Below, one piece after another: positions 42,442 through 64,000 of a stretch of DNA of 64,000 nucleotides. How positions within the stretch are numbered: the stretch's first letter is position 1; the number at the start of each line of letters is the position of its first letter. Below the pieces are notes generated by a model, which saw only the letters and a program-made list of their open reading frames with translations, searched no databases and had not been told where the DNA came from. The position numbers and the translations under genes are program-made. Location of the stretch: assembly GCF_009914755.1 (NCBI RefSeq), contig NC_060933.1; one strand, 5' to 3'. This DNA is from the human T2T-CHM13v2.0 reference genome, Homo sapiens.

Positions 42442-45400
42442 GTGAGTGCCTGGGCTAGCCCTGTCCTGAGCACATGGGCAGCTGCCTCCCTTCTCTGGGC
42501 TTCCCTTTCCCTGCTGGCTGTGGTCGGACCCCCACTCCCGGCTCTGCCCTTTTCTCTTCTGGGTCCCCAGGGTGAAATTCTCACCAGCCCAGGGGACTCT
42601 GGAGGCACCCCCTGCCTCCAAACACAGAAGCCTCACTGCAGAGTCCTTCACGGAGGACGGTTCTGTGCTGGGCCTGGAGGGGCTGCCTGGGGGGCAATGA
42701 CTGATCCTCAGGGTGAGCTCCTGCATGCGCACTGCCCACCAGGGGCCTCATCTCCCCATCTGCAAAATCAGGGAGAGATCTGCCTGAGTCTCCTCCCAGC
42801 TGACAGTCAAAGATTCAGCATCAAGCCCCCATCACCAGCTCCCACCTTCTCCCCAGATCACTGGCAAGTGGTTTTATATCGCATCGGCCTTTCGAAACGA
42901 GGAGTACAATAAGTCGGTTCAGGAGATCCAAGCAACCTTCTTTTACTTCACCCCCAACAAGACAGAGGACACGATCTTTCTCAGAGAGTACCAGACCCGG
43001 TGAGAGCCCCCATTCCAATGCACCCCCATCTCAGCTTCTGGCCAGAAGACCTGAGCAAGTCCCTCCTTCTTCCTGGCCTTGGCCTTCCCATGGGTGGAAC
43101 CAGGAGGGCTGGCTTTAATCTCCACCAGACTCTTGCCCCGGGACTGTGATGGGCGATTGGCCACTTCTCAATAATCTTCCTGTTTTCCTTCCGCCTTCTG
43201 TTTGGCTTTAGACAGGACCAGTGCATCTATAACACCACCTACCTGAATGTCCAGCGGGAAAATGGGACCATCTCCAGATACGGTGAGGGCCAGCCCTCAG
43301 GCAGGAGGGTTCACTGTGGGAACAGGGCAGGCCAGCATAAGGTGGGGGCTGGATGTAGAGCCCTGGAGGCTTTGGGCACAGAGAAATAACCACTAACATT
43401 TTTGAGCTCTAACGATGTGCTCAGAAACAACTCTAAGAGGACACTGAGAGAATTAGAGGAGGAAAAAGAAGAACAGAGACCTCAAATAGTTTCCCCAAGG
43501 TCACACAGCTTATAATTAGAACTAGAATTGGAACTCCAGGCTGGCTTCAGATCTGCCTCTCTCTCATGCCCTCTTTAAGATCCTTTGCAAACCAATGGTA
43601 GAAGCCTGTATGTTGGAGAGGTGGTACCTTCAACTATGTCCCCCATCACCGCAGAGGTGGCACATGGCAGGGAGCTGATGGAGCTGAACTGACACCATTT
43701 AGCATCCCGAGCCTCCTCTCTGGGCCTCATTTTCCTCATCTGTAAAACGGAGAAAGGCCCGGACAGCCACGGTCTGTGTGAGGCTCCTGAGATCTCATGT
43801 ACAGAAAGTGCTTGGCGTGGAGCTGGGCATGCAGCAGGGGCTGGGCACACGGTGGCCCAAAGGAGCCCTGGGCCTTCACTGATGGGCTGTGTGGCCACTG
43901 ACACACCTAGGCCTCCTCACCTGTAAGACAGACACCATTGTGCCATCCCATGTTCTCACCCAGAGGCTCCTTTTCTCTTCCAGTGGGAGGCCAAGAGCAT
44001 TTCGCTCACTTGCTGATCCTCAGGGACACCAAGACCTACATGCTTGCTTTTGACGTGAACGATGAGAAGAACTGGGGGCTGTCTGTCTATGGTAGGCATG
44101 CTTAGCAGCCCCAAACTCATGCCCCTCTCAGGCCTCACCCCCCATTCACCCACCCCTGGGCTGGCCCCTAGAACCCCAGCCCTCCCTGGCCTCCCGCCGG
44201 GCCCCACCATGTCCCCAGTCAGTCTCCTTGCTCCCCCTGCAGCTGACAAGCCAGAGACGACCAAGGAGCAACTGGGAGAGTTCTACGAAGCTCTCGACTG
44301 CTTGCGCATTCCCAAGTCAGATGTCGTGTACACCGATTGGAAAAAGGTAAACGCAAGGGATTGGACAGTGCCCACCTTGTCCATGGCCCAACTTGGGCAG
44401 CCCCAGAGGCCCAGAGCAGGAGAGCTGCCAGGCAAGGCTGCACAGCTAGGCAGATCTTCTGCTTTTAGGCACCTGCCTCACTGTAGGGACAGCTGAGCTC
44501 TACAGAGGCCCAGGGGTGGTGGATGAGAGCCCAGGAGGGAGAAGTCCCTGTGAAACCAGGGAGGACCTGAAAGCTAACAGGAGGGAACAGCGTGAGCCAC
44601 GGGGTTGGGGGATTGGCAATTGGAGGGGACGTAATGCGGGGAGTTACCACCTACAGACGCGTCCCAAACCCCAGGCTTTCACCCCACCTCCACTCCCCGC
44701 TCATTTTTAATACCCGTGCAGTGGGGAATTGATACTGTGGTTTTCAATGTCACCCACACTGCAGCACGGCCACAGTCACCATCCCGATTTTTGCTACAAA
44801 TGAAAATTACTTTATAATGAGCTCCTTAACACTTTTCTTTAAACCTGTGTTTGGAAGACTTGCGTTGGTGTGGCCCTGTGCCCAATACCTGTGAAATCAC
44901 AGCACCGATGAGCTGGTTCCAATTTTTAAAATATATACATGCAGTACTTCCATGACTATTCAAAGAAAAACAATTCCTTCCATTTGCCATCTGAGATGAC
45001 CACCAGTGGTGTGAACTACCTCCTGCCCCCATCCGCAGTCCCAGGATCCTGGGACAGGGCTTATGAACACAACCACTGTAGTCAGCTCACCTGATCCACA
45101 GCCTGGCACCCCCACTGTCTGGCTAGGGAGCCTCGAATGGGTCCCAAGGCCACCCTGCTCCTCAGTTACATCATCTGCATAGTAGTGGTGGTTGTGAGGA
45201 ATTCAGGAGCTGCAGCATAAGGGCTCGGCAGGTCCTAAGTGCACAGTAAATGCCAGTGATTCTTAAGAGTCTGAGCTCCCATTGTAGAGGCAAGTAAGCT
45301 GAGGTTCAGAGACAGAAAATGACTTGCCCAAGATCACCCAGCTGGGAAGTGACAGTGCCAGGGTTGGAGCCCTGGTTGAGCTGGTTCCACAGGCCAGAGC

Positions 45401-45551
45401 TCATTCTGCCCTCTCCCTGGAAGACCTCCCACCCTGTCCCCATGCCTCTGCTTCTCCCTCACCCCAATTCCCCGCTGCCTTCTAGGATAAGTGTGAGCCA
45501 CTGGAGAAGCAGCACGAGAAGGAGAGGAAACAGGAGGAGGGGGAATCCTAG
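42328..45551 (+). CDS. ORM1: Alpha-1-acid glycoprotein 1 (orosomucoid 1), complete, 201 aa, 6 exons
   Basis: Exons sum to 606 nt; lipocalin GKWF motif; signal peptide; 5 N-glycosylation sequons; ORM1-specific residues QDQCIYNTT, YVGGQEHF, LILRDTKTYMLAFDVN, CLRIPKSDVV. Confidence 0.97.
42857..42999 (+). CDS. ORM1: ORM1 exon 2
   Basis: ITGKWFYIASAFRNEEYNKSVQEIQATFFYFTPNKTEDTIFLREYQTR. Confidence 0.97.
43212..43282 (+). CDS. ORM1: ORM1 exon 3
   Basis: QDQCIYNTTYLNVQRENGTISRY. Confidence 0.97.
43984..44091 (+). CDS. ORM1: ORM1 exon 4
   Basis: VGGQEHFAHLLILRDTKTYMLAFDVNDEKNWGLSVY. Confidence 0.97.
44243..44346 (+). CDS. ORM1: ORM1 exon 5
   Basis: ADKPETTKEQLGEFYEALDCLRIPKSDVVYTDWKK. Confidence 0.97.
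45486..45551 (+). CDS. ORM1: ORM exon 6 (coding part)
   Basis: DKCEPLEKQHEKERKQEEGES-TAG (same peptide in ORM1 and ORM2). Confidence 0.95.
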   Translation, partial: DKCEPLEKQHEKERKQEEGES

Positions 45552-45644
45552 CAGGACACAGCCTTGGATCAGGACAGAGACTTGGGGGCCATCCTGCCCC
45601 TCCAACCCGACATGTGTACCTCAGCTTTTTCCCTCACTTGCATC

Positions 45645-45650
45645 AATAAA
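45645..45650 (+). terminator. ORM1 polyadenylation signal
   Basis: AATAAA ~95 nt after stop. Confidence 0.85.
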
Positions 45651-46246
45651 GCTTCTGTGTTTGGAACAGCTAAGCTGTTAGTCATTTGTTCATTCATTCA
45701 TTCTGAAGCCTGCCCTGAGTTCAACCCTGGCTGGGCACTGGATAAGACGCTGTCCCTGGTGGGAAGAGCCCCACACGTGCCAGGATGGAGGATGACAGGC
45801 ACCGAGTGCTGTGGGAGCCCAGCACTGTGGGAAGACATTTTCTTCTGCAGGGCGAAAATCTGGGAAGGCTTCCTGGAAGGGGCATCTGAACCAATCTAGA
45901 AAGATGAGGAGCATAATACAACCTGCTGTTCTGTGTACAATGTGTGATGATCAAATCGGGGTCATTTCCACCACCTCAAACATTTACCATTTCTTTGTGT
46001 TGGGAACATTATCACACAGTTCCCCATAAATATGTACATTATGTGTCCATTTAAAACAATACAAGCAAACAAATGTGAATTTCTAAACTGAGACTACTGT
46101 AAGGCCTTTCTCCTAATAGCAAGATTGTAATAAAACTTCAACTAGTCATAAAAAAAAATCCTTTTCTGTTTCTGCTGCAAGCAAGGAAATGAGAGGATGC
46201 ATTTGAGTAACCTTGAGGCAGAAGACCCTAAACAGGAGTGGAGGTG

Positions 46247-46629
46247 TGATATTGTTTGGCTCTGTGTCCCCACCCGAATCTCACATGGAATTTTCAGCCC
46301 CATGTGTTGGAGGCGGGTCCTGCTGGGAGGTGATTGTATCACGGGGCTGGTTTCTAATGGTTTAGCCCCACCTCCCAGGTGCTGTTTCTCACAAGGTCTC
46401 ATTGTTTAAAAGTGTGTAGCACCTCCCCCTTCGCTCTGTCTCTCCTGCTGTCTTGTGAAGAAGGGACTTGCTTCCTCTTTGCCTTCCACCATGATTGTAA
46501 GTTTCCTGAGGCCTCCCAGCCATGCTTCCTCTGAAGCCTGCGGAACTGTGAGTCAATTAAACCTCTTTTTTTCATAAACTACCCAGTCTCAGGTAGTTCT
46601 TTATAGCAATGTGAGAACAGACAAATACA
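46247..46629 (+). mobile_element. MST (ERVL-MaLR) solo LTR
   Basis: TGATATTGTTTGGCTCTGTGTCCCCACCC...AATACA; 5-bp TSD AGGTG. Confidence 0.92.
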
Positions 46630-47906
46630 AGGTGGATGGGGTGGGGAGAGTTCAGGCATGTGGTGCCTATCACAAGGACCTTATTCCAGTATTACCATGG
46701 CCATCGGGGGAGGCACGTTGTGGGGACCAGGCTGGAGGCAGGAAGGCCTGAGTGAAGGCTGCTGTGGGCAACTAGGCAAGAGGCGGTTGCCTGGGCCAGG
46801 ACAGGGCAGGGCAGGGAAGGGCTGGGGTGATGCAGAGGGCTTGGGGCCCAGGCCAGAGGGGCTGGGTGTCTCCATGGACGTGTTCTTAGGGTGCTCACCT
46901 GGGAGACCCAGAAGAAGGAGATAACACGTAAGGGTGAGGCTGGTCCCTGGAAATCAGCTGACATCCTGCAAATGTGGAGCCCTGAGGTGGAGCCAAGCCC
47001 GAGGCACAGCCCACTCAGTGGCACAAGCCACAAAGGGCCGGCCTCACCCCAACCTGAGTGCTCGTGATTGACAGCCTCTTGTTACGTGAGGGAAGCAGCA
47101 CCCCTTCCGTGGCAGAAAAGTTGGGCCTGAATTGTTTGAGCAATTCCACGTGTGCAGCTGCGTATACCATCCAGGGTGATAGGACCATGAGCCCGAGGCC
47201 CTGATGTCCTGGGGTCTAGTCCTGTGTCCACAGGCACCACTCCCCTTTGTACCTCCTGTCCCAACAGCCAAGCTCCACAGGGCCAAGACTACAGCATCCT
47301 TTGCTCAGCACCCAAACCACAGCTGTGCCCACAGCACGGAGGCTGGGGACACCGAGCTGATGTCCTCAGAAGGCAAGTGGACAGGACAGCCTCTGGGGTC
47401 CCACAATGTCCTGGAACTGAAGGCTCAGAACCTACAGGAAGTTTGTCCATTTCAGTGTTACTTTCAGTGAGACACCATTTTCAACCATACTCAGGAGGAT
47501 CCGCTGAAAAATGAAACAGAAATGAGTCATGATGGGCAGAGCAGGGAGAAGCAAGGGAGACGAGAAGTGGGGAACATGGAAGAAAAAGCCACGTGAGGAA
47601 GAAACCAGAGGTCAAGAGAAAAAGAATCATGGAGGTAGAGGAAGCAAAAAACACACATAACAAAGAATGTGGACTTTGGGTCAGACCAATGTGAGTTTAA
47701 ATCCAGGTTCTCTCCCAAACCAGTTTGGGCAGATGGCCCATTGGAACCCCACTCTCCTCATCAGTAAAAGGGGGGCAGAGTGAGGGTCCTGAGGGTTAGC
47801 ACATGGACTGTGTGAAGCAGACAATGCCCAGTGCTTAGCACCGGAATCAGGGTCTAGCAGGTGCTCCCTAAATGGCAGGTGCTGTTTGCTATTGAAAGTA
47901 CTGGAA

Positions 47907-48290
<384 letters not shown>

Positions 48291-48559
48291 TCATTTACAT
48301 CTCTGGCCTCAGTCAAAAGGGACTTGGCTAGGCAGCCCCACCTCAAGGCCCTCCGCAGTTGAAAGATTTATGGTTCTGAGATAGGCAAAGGGGGAAAACT
48401 GGAGAAACAGAAGCCACCAGAGGGAGGCAGGCAGAGCACCCAACAGGTCCCCTGGGAAAGGGCTTGGCTGGGCATCAAACCTACCACCCCATAAACTTGA
48501 CATTGAAGGCAAAAGTTAATGACATACAGCAGAGACACGGATGGCTTTGGGTATTTTTT

Positions 48560-49468
48560 TTGTCTTCTTTTCTTTTTTTAAGATCAATATTCATTCTTCA
48601 TTTGCCCTCGTAACGAAAATAGATTTTTAAATGCCTCAAATATACAAACATCATTGATGCACACACATTCCAGAAATGCAGAGGTATGCTGCTGCCACGG
48701 GGTAGGGGTGCGGGAGGCGGCCTGGCCTCATGGCCGCAGACCGTGCCCCAGCCCGGGCCTGGCAGGTAGCTGGCCACTGATAAATGCCACTGGGATCCTA
48801 GGAGAAGCTGGGGACCATGCGTGAGGTACTGAAGGGGACCATGGTGGATGGCATCCTGGGCACTTTGTAGCTTGTCTGAGGGAAAGGCCTCTGCTGCCAT
48901 AGAAAAGCTGGACACATGTCACCCTGGGGCCCTGACATCCTAAAATGCCCCACTGACTACCAGTCACTAGGAGAAAGGTCTCCGGCTATGCCCTTCCCAG
49001 TGATGCTTGCCCCAGAGTGACTGGTCACAGGTGGGGGACAGGTTTGCTCCAGAAACCGTAGGCCTTTCTTGTCTGGCCCCCTAAAGAGGACCCAAGATCA
49101 GGAAAACTCCCCAGTTTAAAAAAATATCTGTCCATCTGTATATAAAATACCTATTATTAGCTGGAGTTGCACACATGCAGGACCAGGAGAGACTGCCTGA
49201 GGTTCTGCCTGGACCGAAGGAGGCCTCGCTCACAGCACCTCTGTGAGGGGACTGGTGCTCCTGGGAAGTCACTTCTCTTGGTGACCGAGCTGACACCCCC
49301 TCCACTTGGAAAGCACAGGGACTGAGCAGGCGGGACCTGTGCTGGAGGGAGACCCTCCTGGTGAGGAACTATGCGGGCCTTCTGGGCCTCAGCAGCTCCA
49401 GCCCACTCCTGGCCTGGCAGGCCACCTGCCCACCCACCCACCCATCTGCCTCTGGGCCCCCAGTGAAG
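48560..49468 (-). other. AKNA: AKNA 3'UTR (end uncertain)
   Basis: Unique sequence after stop, ending at an A-rich tract on the - strand near 48555-48580. Confidence 0.55.
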
Positions 49469-63439
<13,971 letters not shown>

Positions 63440-63948
63440 CTAGGGAGGCAGAGAGAGAACCCAAAGTGAGTTTAAGCAGAGAGAACTTCCAAGCTCACAC
63501 TTGTGCAGGTGGAATGATGGGGGAAGTGAAGAGACGGTGCCTAGTTCAAGGTCACAAAGGAAGTTCCTGATGAGGCCAATGACCCACACTGACCTCCAAA
63601 CCAGAAGATCTAGATTTTGCTGGGAGTGTGGGGTGCTGAGCTGGGCCTGCCCCGCTGTTTCTAACCAGAACCCCTCCTCCCACCCACCATGACACCATCC
63701 GAGTCTTCAGGAACTTCCCCTGCAAAGAATTAATCACTTCTTCACTTGGGTTCCTCAAGACTTGATCACCTTCTCACCATGTTTTTGTGGGGCTGGCTTC
63801 AGAGCCTCCTCTGAAATTATAGTCACCTCTTTCCACGTATGCATGTTTCTGGGGAGAGCATTAATAACTTTTAATGAATCTCCCAAAGGGATGGGTGACC
63901 AAAGGTTAAAAACCACTAATCCGGCCCCTGCATTAAAAGCAATGAACT

Positions 63949-64000
63949 GGCCAGACATGGTGGCTCACGCCTGTAATCCCAGCACTCTGGGAGGCTGAGA
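63949..64000 (+). mobile_element. Alu 5' end (cut by window edge)
   Basis: GGCCAGACATGGTGGCTCACGCCTGTAATCCCAGC. Confidence 0.88.

Noticed and set aside
42328-45551. Calling the gene ORM2
   Set aside because: All distinguishing residues in exons 3-5 are ORM1-type.
48598-48915. 105-aa ORF in the AKNA 3'UTR
   Set aside because: Non-ATG start in a UTR; no coding hallmarks.

Overview
Human genomic DNA, recognisable as chr9q32. The + strand carries the 3' part of COL27A1: 24 coding exons at 1428-29840 (end of the Gly-X-Y helix, then the C-propeptide), with the 3'UTR ending near 31650. After a repeat-rich gap there is one complete orosomucoid gene (CDS 42328-45551) encoding ORM1, F1-type allele. 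The last 8 exons of AKNA lie on the - strand (63439 down to 49469). Most notable: (1) only ONE ORM gene lies between COL27A1 and AKNA, whereas the human reference has ORM1+ORM2 in tandem. The single unit is bracketed by two direct AluSp-like elements 6,771 bp apart, about the size of the duplication unit. (2) A ~270-bp inverted duplication in AKNA pairs an intronic copy with the splice acceptor and 5' end of an exon, enclosing two exons. Exon numbers are inferred by counting back from the last exon (61 for COL27A1, 22 for AKNA). Repeat subfamily names are by eye. Nearly all ORFs in the supplied track are non-coding noise or Alu/L1-derived.
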